From: Gracilinanus agilis
Lineage: Eukaryota
Reading direction: 5' to 3'
DNA length: 64,000 bases
NCBI RefSeq assembly: GCF_016433145.1
Contig: NC_058130.1
Coordinates: 132,915,214-132,979,213 of the forward strand
Shown here: in pieces, positions 11,701 through 28,954 of the stretch
How positions within the stretch are numbered: the first letter of the stretch is position 1
Layout: every line of letters starts with the position of its first letter
Program-made: the position numbers and the translations under genes
The notes under the pieces: generated by a model
The model's database searches: none
What the model was told of the DNA's origin: nothing
The model's input: only the letters and a program-made list of their open reading frames with translations

Positions 11701-12701
11701 AGTTAACAACCTTTGTGCACAGGCTTTTAGTTTGCAAAGTTCTTTCTCCACAGCCACTCTGGGAGGGAGGTAGGGCAAGTAGCACCCTGTTAATGGAGAA
11801 GGAAACAACATCACGAGGTATCACGAGTTGCCCAAGGAACCCTACCCCATCTCCCCATTTCATAGCATTTCTGCTGTTTCTGACATAGTTCAGGCTATTA
11901 TCAGATTGAATATTTCAATCTTTACTTCCTCTGCCTCAACCAGACTAATTTTCCAAAAATACACCTTTTAGTATGAAAGACCTTTGCCTAACTTCCTTTT
12001 TTCCTATAAGGTCAAATCCAAATTCCTTTGGCATTTAAGGCCCTCTAGTTTGGTATGATTTAACAGCTGGCCCAAATGAAGAGTTTTTCTATATGGAGAC
12101 TTGTGTGCGTTAGAAGGCAATGGGGCTGAATCCATTGTAAAGGGAGAGGTTAAAGATTATAGAATTATATCATCTACTTTAATCTCTTCATTTACCAGAT
12201 TAGAAAAATCGAGGCTGCGGTACAAGAAAGTGAAGGGACTTGTCTTAAGGGCTCAAGTAGTAAATTGCTCTGATAATAAGGAACAGATGTGGGATTAGAA
12301 CCCAAATATTCTGATTTCTACCTTGAAGAAAGGGAGAAAAAGTATGGAAACAAACCTCTACAAGTTACAAGGAGTAGAGTTTACAAGTACGGCTCATTTC
12401 CTTGCCTTTAGTCTTTTTCTCCTTCCCAATCCATCATATTATTAAAATAGAACACTAGATATGGAGGCAGAACACTTGGGTTCAAATACTAACTCTTTTC
12501 TTATTAAGTCTGTGACTGGGTTAGAGTGACTTTGCATCTCTGGGTGTCAGTTTCCTCATCTGGAATGAGGAGAATGGCCTACAGATCTCTGAGGTCCTAT
12601 ATCTGGTTGTAAAAACTAGGCCCTATGAAGTCCACATTCTCCAGGACTCTAATCAATTGCCTCATTGTGTCTTTTCAGATTTATCAGTCATTTTCTGCTG
12701 C

Positions 12702-12907
12702 TTTTTTTTTTTTTTAAACCCTTACCTTCTGTCTTGGAGTCAATACTGTGTATTGGCTCCAAGGCAGAAGAGTGGTAAGGGTAGGCAATGGGGGTCAAGT
12801 GACTTGCCCAGGGTCACACAGCTGGGAAGTGTCTGAGGTCAAATTTGAACCTAGAACCTCCCGTCTCTAGGCCTGACTCTCAATCCACTGAGCTACCCAG
12901 CTTCCCC
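12702..12907 (-). mobile_element. Young SINE1_Mdo in SGF29 intron 1
   Basis: Near-consensus reverse-complement copy with poly(T). Confidence 0.9.
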
Positions 12908-13064
12908 CCCATCATTTGCTTCTTAACATAACCTTTTTGCTTTAAACATATCTATCTTAACATTTTCTGCACATGTTATTTCCTTTCTGTTCTTTTCTGT
13001 TTGGTTGGTTTGGGGTTTTTGTTTTTTGTGTTTTTTTTTTGGTCAGAAATGTTTTCCTTATTAT

Positions 13065-13328
13065 TTTTAAAAAATTTATTTATTTAGAATATTTTTCCAT
13101 GGTTACTTGATTCATGTTCTTTCCCTCTCCTCTTACCTCCCCCTCCCAGAGTTGAGGAGCAATTTCACTGGATTATACATGTATCATTGTTCAAAACTTA
13201 TTTCCATATTATTAATATTTGCAATAGAGTGATCATTTAAAATCAGAATCCCCAGTTATATACCCATCAAACCATGCAATCGATCATGTTTTTCTTCTGC
13301 CTTTCTATTCCTACAGTTCTTTCTCTGT
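13065..13328 (-). mobile_element. L1 3' end fragment
   Basis: AGAATATTTTTCCATGGTTAC...ACTGGATTATACATGTATCATTG is closely similar to 62335-62480. Confidence 0.8.
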
Positions 13329-13986
13329 TCTATCTTGGAATTTTCCCTGTTCTCTAACAATACAAATCCTATACTTTAAGGCCTTGGCTAAGACATTTTT
13401 GCCTGACAACTTCATCCCAAATTTATATTTCTGTTACTTTGAATTTCCTTTAATACTATCTGTAGTTTGGGAACGTATAAATTTTGCTTGTTCAGTAACT
13501 TATAACTAAGTTACAATCCATGGTTATTTGTTGCTCTTAGTATTAGTCTCACAGAATTTAGAGATGTTTTTAGAGATCATTTGTTTTTATAGATGAAAAA
13601 ACAGAACCAGGAAAAAAAAAAGAAAAGATTTGCATTGTTTACAGAGGTAGTGAATGGAATAGCTAGGATTCAAAACTTAGTTCTCTGACTCCAAATCCAG
13701 TTTTTTCCTCATTATACCTCACGGAAGCATTTCTTCCTAAATAATATGTAAGCACAGGGAGTACAAAGACCAATTTTGCTTTTTATTTCCCTCATTGTTA
13801 ATTCAGTTGCTATACTTTTAGGAGGTAAAGGTACTTATTAAATTGTTACTGAATTAATTAAATTTACTGAATGCCATGGTGTTGTTGGCCCTAAAGCTTT
13901 AGTAGTTTCCCCTTTCAGAGGCTTTTGATCATTCTTTTGCTCCATTCCATTACCCTTTCTCACAGGAAGCCATTTTTACCACAGCC

Positions 13987-16900
13987 ATGGCCTTGGTGTC
14001 AGCAGATTCACGAATAGCTGAACTACTCTCGGAGCTCCATCAACTGATCAAGCAAACTCAGGTAGTACCTGCACTCGTTCCCTGAGATGAGGAGATGATC
14101 TTGTAAAAATTAAGAGTGGGTAACAAAGATTGAGTATAAAGTATCTAGGTGATTAGAAGTCCAGGCCTTTAGAGAAAAGACTGGATGACAGGCCAGGTAG
14201 TTGCATGAGAGTACAGGAACTTTAGCCTGAGGGACAGAAGACTAAGGGAGCAGAGGACAGAGGCCATTGAACAATCTGATGAACAATTAAAATTACAACT
14301 GAATTGGATTTTCGTATATTAACTGTGTTATTGTGAAATGTTGATTAGTTGTAATATTGTATTGAGTATTCAAAGTAGAGACTAGAGATATTCACAAGTC
14401 ACAATAAAGGAAATGAAATGTAGTCAGGAAGTTTTTATTTTTGTTTTTGAGTTTTAATTATTCTTTTTTCTCTTTTTAAAAACTCTTACTGTCTATTGTC
14501 TGTCAGAATTAATAGTGTCAGTTCCAAGGCAGAAGAGTGGTAAGGGCTAGGCCAGGGGTGTTAAGTGACTTTCCCAGAGTTACCCAGGTAAGAAGTGTCT
14601 AAGGCCATATTTGAACCCAGGACCTCCCATCTCTCCCCATCAAACCACCTGGTTGCCTCTTATTAATATTTTTTTTCCTCCTATACCATTAAAAATAGGT
14701 AAGCAAAACATGCATGAAGTATAAATGTTGGAGAAACTATGTGTATGGCACAGGGTGTAGAGAGATGCATCTTTAAGCAAAATTTTATTGATGAAAATGG
14801 GTAAAAACCCTAACCACTACCCCCCATTCCCTTATCAAAATTTTGAGCAAAACCAACCAACACACAGATCTGAACACACCCCTGCCCCCATCTGCATCTG
14901 ATAGAGCCCCGAAGCATAGTTGAAACAGTGTTGGCTCAGAAGCCCAGAGGACCCAGGTTCAAATTGTCGCCGTTGCTGTGTGACTTTGTGTACAAGTCAT
15001 GTATCTGAGCCTCAGTTTCTTTTTCTATAAAAGGGGAGGGGGTTGGACTAGCTGACCTCTGAGGTCCTTCCCAGCTCTTAGAGCTTTGACCCAAATCAAG
15101 TAGTGCTTCCATTTCAATTTATTAGCAATCATTTATCAGATAGAAAAAAAATGAAACAAATCTCTACTCTTTTTCTCCTTTTTCTCTTCCCACTCCCTTC
15201 CCCCACCAATCTTTACATCTTTTTTCTTCTCTCCACTCTTTTTTCTTTTCTCCATGCTTCTCTTTGGAGATTGAGTTTACTTATGTTACTTAGGCTAGGT
15301 GCTCTGTGCTCTTACTAGTTCAGTCCCACCACTGATCTGACATGCTATGTTTCTGACTGACACGATATGTTTCTGACTGACACTCCTTAGGCAAGTTGAA
15401 TGGCTCTCTACTCACAATATAGGGTGTCCCAAAAGTCTTAATGCATTCTTTCAAAACAAAACAAAAAACTATTACCTTCCATCTTAGAATCAATACAGAG
15501 TATTGGTTCCAAGACAGAAGAACAGGGGTAGGCCATGGAGATTAAGTGACTTGTCCAGAGTCACACCACTAAGAGGTATCTGAGGTCAGATTTGAATAGG
15601 ACTCATCTCTAGGCCTCACCCTCAATCCACTGGGCCACTTAGTTGCCCCCTTTAGTGCACTCTTAACACCTTACTAGGACTTTGGGGGGGGATGACTTTC
15701 ATTAGTGCTGGATGTGGAACAAACACAAGACAAGGATCAGGACACTGCACCTCAGAAAGTCTAATCTTGGCCTTCCCAGTAAGCAGGGATTACAGGCATG
15801 CATATTACTCTTTCTGGTATAATCCTTACTTTCAAAGGATTTGTTTAATCAAGGAAGACAACATGAACATTTATAAATATTTTATAGAAGACATACAAGG
15901 TAGTTAGGGTATAGGCAGCTAGGATCAGGAAAAGCTTTGTGTTGAAAGTGGTGATTGATCTGCATTTTGAAGAGAAAGAGCATTCCAGGCCTGGGTACAG
16001 CCATTATCAGCCAGGGAGAAAGAAGCCTTTTTGCCACAGTATAGGGTTCAGGAAGAAAAATAATGTATAAAAAATGAGGCTGGACAATAGGTTGCAGCTG
16101 ATTGTGAAGGAACTTCCAAGACAAACAGTGGGAGAATTTATATTTGATCCCAGAGATAATAGGGAGCCATTGGAGTTTGTTGTTTCCAGTTTTTGTGCAG
16201 GAACTTTTTGAAGAGCATTTTAGGCGAAAGAGAATGAAGGGGAATGAGTAGGGAGGAGGCACTAAGGTTGCTTAGCAGGACCGAACTTCTCTTTCTCTTC
16301 CTCATCTGCCTTCTCTCCATCCTCCATAGGAAGAACGATCACGAAGTGAACATAACCTGATCAACATCCAGAAGACACATGAGCGAATGCAGACAGAAAA
16401 CAAAAGTGAGAAATGGGGGGAAAGGAGCATTTGAGAGAGAAGTTAGCCTACTATGTTACCAGGTCTGTACCTTTCTTGTTGATTTGTGTTTCTGTGTTAT
16501 TCTTCAGTCTCTCCCTACTTCCGGACTAAGCTTCGAAGTCTCTACACCACAGCCAAGGCAGATGCAGAGGCAGAGTGCAAGTGAGTGTGGTTGTACACAA
16601 GATTCTTTTTTCTTGTCTTTGTCTCTTGCAAGTTCCATTAAACTTATTAAAGATGTAGTTCACATCTGTAGCTTTCCTACCACTTTCACACTGCGCCATT
16701 CTTTACTAGTTCAAATTCTCTTATTCTACATCCCATTATAATTATTATTCCTCCTCTTCTTGCTCTCAGGCTATTTTTCATTCATTCTACACATCAAGCT
16801 GCTTCTTTCATTTAGGCCATTCATGGTCCATCCCCCTCCAATTATATTGATCTTCTTCTTTTGTCCATGATTTCCCTTTGCTTTATATGCCTATTCCCTG

Positions 16901-19900
16901 TCATCAACATTTCCTTCATCTTTTGTCCATTTTCCCTTGCCATTGCTGTATGCCTGTTCCCTTTTGTTTTCTGTTCATTGTTTCCTAAAGTTTGAAACTG
17001 AAGTTTAATGCCATGGCTGACACTTTAATGTGTTAGAATTGGTCTGACATTCTGAATGAGAGAGATAATTCTTGTTCCTTTGATAAAGCAAAGAAGAAAC
17101 CTTATATTCCACTGCTAGAAGATGGACTTTTATTTCTTTTTTTTTTCTTTTTTTTTTTAAACCCTTACACCTTCCATCTTAGAATCAATACTGTGTATTG
17201 GTTCTAAGGCAGAAGAGTGGTAAGGGTAGGCAATGGGGGTCAAGTGACTTGCCCAGGGAAGTGTCACCTGGGAAGTGTCTGAGGCCAGATTTGAACCCAG
17301 AATCTCCTGCCTCTAGGCCTAGCTCTCAATCTACTGAGCTACCCAGCTGCCCCCGGAAACCAATTATGTTGAAATACAGTTATCTAAATATTTTTCAAAC
17401 TTGTTTAGATTTGAGGACAGACATTGAGGCCCAGAGAGGGAATAGATTTATGTATAGTCCAAAGAAGTTAATGTCAGGACTACAATTAAAACCCAAGCTT
17501 TCCATATTTCAGCTTTTTTTCCCCCCCAACAAGTCATGCAGCTTCCTATTTATCTTTATAATAGTTCTTATAGGAGAGAAATGGTGAGGATTTTTGTCTT
17601 GAGAAGTATGCATTATGCCATTGAAAGAGTGGATGTCAGTGCCATGATAGACCAAAAGAATGAAGATGAATCATACCACTCATCTCCTGAAAGAGAGGTG
17701 ATAAATTTAAAGTAGAAAAAAAAGATAAAGTTTTTAGACTTGGCTTATGTGGAAATTTGTTTTGCTAGACTAGGTAGATATGTATTGAGGTATTAAATTT
17801 TTTTTTCAGTGTAGGAGTTGGGAATTTCAGGAAAAATAAATTAATAAAATACTGGTTACTTGGGGGGTGGGGAGGGAAGGAGAAAGCATAAGACTTAAAG
17901 TTAGAAGATAGGGATTTCAATACTATCCATGTTACTTAGCTATGTGACTCTGGATAAGTCATTTATCTGCTAAATAATAAATACTTGTACTACAATAAAC
18001 CCTGAGGGTTTTTGTAAGGAAAGTGTATTGTAAAGCACTATATAAATATGGATCTTAGCTTCTTCATCTGTAAATTGTGGTTAGGTCTAGAATATATGGC
18101 CTCCCTAGTGTCCCTTCCAGGTCTCTAGACAAGTTATTACTTATTTAAAGTTCAGAAGACTTAGGTTTAAAGTAGTTGTATAATTTTTAAACATTTTTAA
18201 TGGCTAAATGCTATCAAATTTATAAACTGCAGCAGGCCATAATTTCAGTAAAGATTCCATCCTCATTCAAAGCATAAAATATGCATCCTATTTCTGGTAT
18301 TCTTGGACCTCTAGTGGTCCAAGTGGTCTAGAGTGAAAGCAAATTAGAGAAAATCAAGAGTTCATGATCTTTGGTGATAACATTTGAACCTTAAAATTGT
18401 CTTAGAATAGAATTGACAGTTCATTTGGATAGAAAACAATGCACTATAGCCTTTTTTAGAAAGTCAGCAGGTGGTGAAAGTCTCTGAGGAGATTCCTGAT
18501 TTGTAGATTGTGAATTTGGTTATATGCTTCAAGGCCAAGGGCAAGTAGTGATTTCAGAGTATCTAGAAAGTCTAATGTATTTCACAAGTAGATTGTGATC
18601 ACCTGAAGATAAGATGTTTTAGCCTGTATTGGGCCAAGAAAGTTATAAGAAATCCAAGACATTCTTCTTTCCCCAAATGCCCAACTTAAAATAATATAGT
18701 TGTCCAGTGTGGTGGGAGCTCCATCAAGGGGTCCTAGAAACCCCAGTTCTAACTACCTGCCTCCATGAGTTTGTTTTTACTTCTCCTCTGCTTCCCTTCC
18801 TTAGTATTCTTCGAAGAGCTCTGGATAAGATTGCTGAGATCAAGTCTCTCCTGGAAGAAAGGCGTATTGGTAAGTTGGGGCCTTGGTTCTGTGCATGGAG
18901 AGGGAGAGGACCACCTTGGGATGTGGCCGTGCTTGCTTGTTCTTGTGCCACCTCACCTTTGATTTCCAGGGGAGGTTTCTATGATTTTTGTTGTTGGTGG
19001 AGTGGTGTTGAGGACAATGCTTTTCTCAGTTTTTCTGGCGTCCACTGCTTCCTGCATAATTTTCACACTCTCCTTACCCCATTTTTTGGAAGCAATTGTC
19101 CCCATTTTGTGTAGTTATTGGTGAACAAGTAAAAGATTTTAGCAAACATTACCTTATTAGGACTGCTCTGTAGATATATTGCAAGGTTGAAAATTGATGT
19201 TGTTATTCCCCCAGTTTGTGTCCACTCAGTGATGTGTCTGATGGAGGAGGTCTGAAGAGATGCCATGGGCTGGATTTCCTATTGGTCTTCTTATTCTTAT
19301 GCAATCACATGATTTGTATATTTAGTAAAATAGTTCTTCATGTTTTGAGTTCTTTCCATTCTTCCAGAGCTTCTATTTTAGATTTTTGTCTTTAGATTTC
19401 AGTCAATTAAGCATTTATTAAATGCCTGTTATGTGCTAGGCCTTGGGCTATGAGATAGATATATAAAAGGAACTTACAGGATCCTAGACTTGAGAGCATA
19501 AAAACAGAAAGGGGCAATGTCAAGGATTCGCCTTGGGTTTGAAAGGAATCTCATTCCCAGAGTTTTCTTCATTGGAGTATGAAAGGCTTTGAGAATTAAG
19601 GGCCAGTGGCTAAGACTAGAGAAGGATTTAAATTTAAAAGCATTGTTAGGGTGATTGTGTGTAAAATCTGGCAGAGGGGGTGGGAAGGAAAGAGGAATAT
19701 GTTTCTTGCCATGTAGTATGGGATTTCACTTCTTCTCTTCTCCTACCCCAGCGGCTAAAATCGCAGGATTGTACAATGATTCAGAACCTCCACGGAAAAC
19801 CATGCGCCGAGGGGTGCTGATGACACTGTTGCAACAGTCAGCCATGACATTGCCCCTATGGATTGGGAAACCTGGGGACAAGTAAGTCCAGGGACTTTGG

Positions 19901-21430
19901 GGAAAGGAGGTCAGGCAGGATTTGACTGGAAGGTGGTGGTTTAGGATTTTAAGAGTTCAGGATTGAGGGTGAGAGTGGAGATCAGGAGTATACTTTAAGA
20001 ATGTGGATCTGTGGGTTCAATCCAAGGTAGATCTGTGAGAGAAGCAGGGGATTGTGGTCATGGAGAGATGCTTCTGAGCTAGGGATTTGTAACACAGCCC
20101 TTCTACCCCATAGGCCTCCACCCCTCTGTGGGGCCATTCCAGCTTCAGGGGACTACGTAGCAAAGCCAGGTGATAAGGTGGCTGCTCGGGTGAAAGCTGT
20201 GGATGGGGATGAGCAGTGGATTCTGGCAGAAGTGGTCAGTTATAGTCATGCTACCAACAAGTGAGTGAAAAAATGTGTTTTCCTCCTCTAGAATTTGTTT
20301 CCTTCTTGGGTTTCTCTTATTAGCGTTAGCCTTCTTAACTCATATTTTTTTCAACCTTGTTTACTACATTGTCATCATCTGTTGTTTTCTGGAGAATAAC
20401 TAAATCAGAGGTTTCTTCTTTTTTTTTCCCCCTGTAGATATGAAGTTGATGACATTGATGAGGAAGGTAAAGAGTAAGTATCCTACTGAAAGCATGACTA
20501 CAGAGGAGAGGGAGGAATGTGGGATCAAGGCAGAAAGCAGTGAAAATGGATCCTGGAAGAGGGAGAGTAGAGGGAATGCTTCCTGGGAAATAGTTCTTGC
20601 GTATTTTCAGGGCAGAGTCATACCTACTGTCTTTTCCCCTACCAGAAGACACACCTTAAGCCGAAGACGCATCATCCCACTACCACAATGGAAGGCCAAT
20701 CCTGAGACAGATCCTGAAGCTTTATTCCAGAAGGATCAGCTTGTTCTGGCACTGTACCCCCAAACTACCTGCTTCTACCGGGCTTTGATCCACACTCCTC
20801 CACAACGGGTAAGAAATGATGGCATGAGTCTGAGAACTTCAGTAGTTAATGTAAGAAAGATCTTAAGTTGCCTAGTTAGTTCCTAATATTAGGGTTTCTA
20901 AAAGAATAGGGAGAACTTTCATGTGGGTGGTCTTTTTCATTTTGTCTTGAATGAGTAGATGGAATCATACTACAGTGTCTTCTCAAATAGTTTTATATAC
21001 TACCTTTGGCTTCTAATAGAATTTCAGAGTTGGAAAGAATCTTGGAGGTGGTCTTCAATGGAGGAATCCCTTCTGCAGCATTTTTGATAAATGGTTATTT
21101 GTCCGGCCTTGAAACTTTAGTAACTTTGTGACAGTCTATTCTACCATTTAAGAGTTCTTCTAATTTTTATAAAGGAGTTTCTTCAGGACATACTAACTTC
21201 CCATATACCCAAGTTGGGGCAACAAGCAGTTATACTGAAGCACAGATAGTGAGATATAATGAATCCTTGATGGTCAGAGTTGTGGTTATTTAACTTTATT
21301 TCCTTGTCTGTAGCCCCAGGATGACTACTCTGTCCTATTTGAAGATACCTCTTATGCAGATGGCTACTCTCCTCCCCTCAATGTGGCCCAGAGGTATGTG
21401 GTGGCCTGCAAGGAACCCAAGAAGAAATGA
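13987..21430 (+). CDS. SGF29: SAGA complex-associated factor 29 (tandem Tudor H3K4me2/3 reader), 293 aa; coding exons 13987-14061, 16330-16405, 16508-16580, 18805-18869, 19752-19881, 20114-20260, 20438-20473, 20646-20808, 21314-21430
   Basis: Translation MALVSADSRIAELLSELHQLIKQTQEERSRSEHNL...GDEQWILAEVVSYSHATNKYEVDDIDEEGKERHTLSRRR...YVVACKEPKKK* is near-identical to human SGF29/CCDC101. All introns GT-AG; total 882 nt; AATAAA at 21537-21542. Confidence 0.98.
17134..17354 (-). mobile_element. Young SINE1_Mdo in SGF29 intron
   Basis: Near-consensus reverse-complement copy. Confidence 0.9.
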
Positions 21431-21875
21431 GGTTCGGTTTGGCTGAATCATGGACTTCGTTGACTTGCCTTTGTTTACCTGACTCATCTGCCATGCCCTC
21501 TTCAGGGGGAAATTGATGTATCATTCACTGCGGACTAATAAATATACAGCCCTGTCCCCCACATCAGCAGTGAGGTTTTAATCTGTTTCCAGGACTCAAT
21601 TTCCTCAGACTTCAGACCCCTTCCCAAGTTAGAATGGTAGAGCTGTGTATACAATTCTTTGGTATTGAGTGCCCCATGATCTAGGGTAAATCATTTTATT
21701 TTTTTAGTCTCAGTCTAAAATATCTAGGCAGAATAATACTGAGTGGGTCAGATTTTTTTTTCCTACTAGAATATAGGGAAGCTAGTTTTGCATGCTGAAA
21801 AAAAGATTTAGAAGGCTGGAAAAATTGGGGACCAGTGCGGAAGTATGAGTTGATGACCCTTCTCCTTGTTGCCCT

Positions 21876-25167
<3,292 letters not shown>

Positions 25168-25409
25168 TTAATGATCAGATCAGATCAGATCTGGGAGCTA
25201 GCTATCAGTTAACTTGGTTCCCTGAACCTTCCTTTGCATGCGTGCATCTTCCCTTTCTGTGGCTGCTTTTCTCTCCTCTTCTGTTTTTTCCATGTGAATG
25301 TGCTCCTTTGGTATAATTTTATAGAGGGATGGACTTTTGGAGCCTTCAGTCTAACCTATGCCTAAAAGGAATCCTTGGGCACTCAATGAGTAGTGAAAGA
25401 ACCTCAGTT

Positions 25410-25950
25410 TTCTTTTTTATTCAAAGATATGTTTTCCTAATTATATGTGATAACCATTTTCAGCATACATTTTTGGATATTATAAGATCCATTGTCTCCC
25501 TCCCCTCCCCTCTCTCAAGAGATGGTAAGCATTTAGATCTGGATTATACATGTATTATCAGGCAAAACATTCTTCCATATTGGCCTTTGTTGTAAGAGAA
25601 TAATCATATAAAACCATGATAAATTAATGTGAAATATATGTTTGATTTGCATCTGACTGCAATAGGTCTTTTGCTGGAGGTGGATAGCATTCTTTTTCAT
25701 AAGTTCTTCAAATTTGTCCAGATCACTGTATTGTTGAGAGTAGCCAAGTCTTTCACAGTTGATCATTATACAATATTGCTGTTACTGTGTACAAAGTTCT
25801 CCCTGTTTTGTGTACATTTCTCTGTATCAATTCATGTAGATCTTTCCAGCTTTTTCAGAAATCATCCTGCTCACCATTTCTTATAGCACAATAGTATTCT
25901 AGGCACCAACATTACCACAAATTGTTTAGCCATTTCCCATTTGATTGAAA
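25410..25950 (-). mobile_element. Old L1 3' fragment
   Basis: GGTGGATAGCATTCTTTTTCAT..., ATCAATTCATGTAGATCTTTCCAG... typical L1 3' region in reverse orientation. Confidence 0.7.
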
Positions 25951-28140
25951 CTCAGTTTTTAAGACTTCCAGGGTATGCTCATGTACTCACTGTTTCTGAC
26001 AGGTCCAGTTGTTCAAGCATTTTCCTGTATCGAGCCCGTACTTGCCTTTTTGGAACTTCTTGCTTGCTACTGACTGCCTATTGGCATCAAATAGAGCAAG
26101 TCTAATCTGACTTCTTTCAGAGATTTAAAGAGAGCTATCAGGTCCTGAGTCAGTAAGTGTCTACTATGAACCAGGCACAGTGCTGCACAGTAAAAATACT
26201 AAAAGAGGCAAAACATAGTCCCTGCCCTTGAGGAGTTTACAGTCTAATGAGACCTTGCATGAAGCTAAGTAGATAGTATGTTGGATAGACTTTCAGTCTA
26301 GAGTTCAAATGTGACTTCAGACACTATTTGTGTGACCCTGGGCAAATCACCTAACCTTCTTTTCCTTAGTTTCCTTATCTGTCAAATGAGCTGGAGAAGG
26401 AAACAACAAACCACTCCAGGACCTTGCCAAGAAAACCCCAAATAAGGTCGCCAAGAGTCAGACATGACCAAGAAACAACCGAACAAAAACAAGCTATAAA
26501 TAGGAAGAAAAGGAGATCATTAACCAAGGGAAGACACTAGAATTGAGAGGTTGGGGAAGGTTTCCTATAGAAGATAGGATTTTAGTTAGGACTTAAAAGA
26601 AAGCCAGGGAGGTTAGTTGGTGGAGCAGAGAAGAAAGGGCACTCCAGAGATGGGGGTAGCCAAAGAAAATATCTGGTTCTCAGAGATGAATGTCTTATTT
26701 GTGGAATAGCCAGAAGGCCAAGGACTGAAGAGTGTCAGGGGGAGTGAGGTGTAAGAAAACTGGAAAGGTGGGGGGAGTTAGGTTATGAAAGTTTTTGAAG
26801 ACCAAATAGAGCATTTTAGTATTTGATCCTCTGGAGGTGACAAGAAGCTGGAGTTCTTTGAGTAGAGAAGGGGGCAACGTGATCAAAAATGTGCTTTAGA
26901 AAAGCCACTTTAGTGGCTGAATGGAAGATGGATTGGAGTGGAGAGGCCCAGACAATTGTAATAGTTCAGGCATTTGGTGATGAGGGCCTGCACTATTATG
27001 CTGGCTGGATCACAGGAAAGAAGGGGGCACTTTTCCTTTTTTTTTTTTTTTAAGCCTTTATTTTTCTTAGTATCAACTCTAAGACAAAAGAACAGCAAGG
27101 GCTAGGCAAATGGGCTTAAGTGATCTGGTTAGAGTCCAAGAGTGTCCAAGGCCAAATTTGAACCCAGGTCTTCCCAACTCTAGGTTTGTTGCTCCATCTG
27201 TTGTGCTACCTAGTTGGGAGCATTTTCAAGAGATGTTGCAAAGGTGAATCTTCAGATCTTGGCAAAACATAGTGTGAGAGAAAGAGTGAGAAAGCCAGGA
27301 TGACTCCTAGGTTGTGAGCCAGAGGAGCTGGAAGGATAGTGTTGTTGCCTTCTACAATAATAGGGAAGGTTGTAAGATAGAAAGAAGGTTTAGAAAGAAA
27401 GAGTTCAGCTTTGGGCATGTTGTTTAAGGATATCCAGTTGGAGCTGTCTGAAAGCAGTTAGAGAAGTGAGAATGGAAATTAGAGAAACTGAGGCAGGAAG
27501 TTTTTCATGACAAAGTTCTCTCCTGGATCTCATTGTCAACCAATCCTTCTCAGTCTCCTTTGCTGGATCTTTATCTAGGTCATTGCCCACTAATTGAGGA
27601 CATCTCCCAAGTCTCTGCCCTCTTCTCTTTTCCCTTTATATTCTCTCTTAGCAATCTCATCAGTTCCTGTAGATTCAATGATCATCTATGTGCAGATGAT
27701 TTTCAAATCTCTGCATAAAGCATAGTCTTTCTCCTGACCTCTAGTCATACGTTACTCACTGCCTCTCCTCTTGGACATTTGTTCCTTCTTGAATATGACA
27801 TCAGTCCCATAGTTATTTCAAACTTAGCATATCCAAAACAATTCATTTTTTCCCACCTAATTCTCTTCTCTTCCCAACTTTCCTATTTATTTTTACAATG
27901 TATATTATTATTTTTTAAAACTCTTACCTTCTGTCTTGGAATCAATACCATGCATTGGTTCTAGTGCAGAAGATAGGTAAGGGTTAAGTGACTTGCCCAG
28001 GGTCACACAGCTAGAAAGTGTCTAAAATTAGATTTGAACCTAGGACCTCCTGTCTTCAGGCCTGACTCTTTATCCACTGAGCCACCCAGCTCTTCCCCTT
28101 TCCTATTACTCTTGAGGGCTTCACAATTGACCTAGACTTT

Positions 28141-28323
28141 TTTTTTTTTAACCCCTAACTTCTATGTATTGGCTCCTAGGTGGAAGAGTGGCAAGGGCGG
28201 GCAATGGGGGTCAAGTGACTTGCCCAGGGTCACATAGCTGGGAAGTGTCTGAGGCTGGATTTGAACCTAGGACCTCCCATCTCTAGGCCTGACTCAATCC
28301 ACTGAACTACCCAGCTGCCCCCC
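28141..28323 (-). mobile_element. Young SINE1_Mdo
   Basis: 12-bp TSD GACCTAGACTTT at 28129-28140 and 28324-28335. Confidence 0.92.
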
Positions 28324-28954
28324 GACCTAGACTTTCAACCATTATGCCATACCTCTTCACTGATACTTATTCCACATATCCAATCTATTGTGAAGTAGTT
28401 TAGTTTTCATCTTCACAGCATTTTTAGTTTACATCTCTCCAGCACAACTACTAGTCTCTAGCATACCCTCATCAGCTCAATAGCCTTCTGGTTGATTTTT
28501 CCTGCCTCATATCTTTTTGCCTTCCAATCCATATTCTACTTGGCTTCCAAACTGACTCCTAGAATTCTATTCTGGTCATTATACTGTAGTAAACTCTAGT
28601 GTTTTCCTTTAATCTCCAGGATCAAATATTAAATCATTGGTTTGCTTTTAAATCACTTTACAGTCTGGCCCCTTTCTATCTTTCCAGTCTTTTGATTTTA
28701 TTCTCCTCATTTATTCTACTATCCTAACAACATTTTTGCTGTTCCTGGAACACATACCACTCCATCTTTGGCCTCCATGCACTTTCAGCAGCTTCAGTCC
28801 CCAGGCTTGGCATGCCCTACCCCCTCATTTCTGACTCCTGGCTTATTTCTGGACCCAGCTCAAATCCTAACTTCTGCAGAATTTAGTGTAGTGCCCACCA
28901 ACAATAGATAATACCTTCCTTCTGAGATTACACTATATTAACACGTATAATTTT

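Noticed and set aside
11121-11706. Several overlapping ORFs in the SGF29 CpG island
   Set aside because: Expected in GC-rich promoters; no domain similarity.
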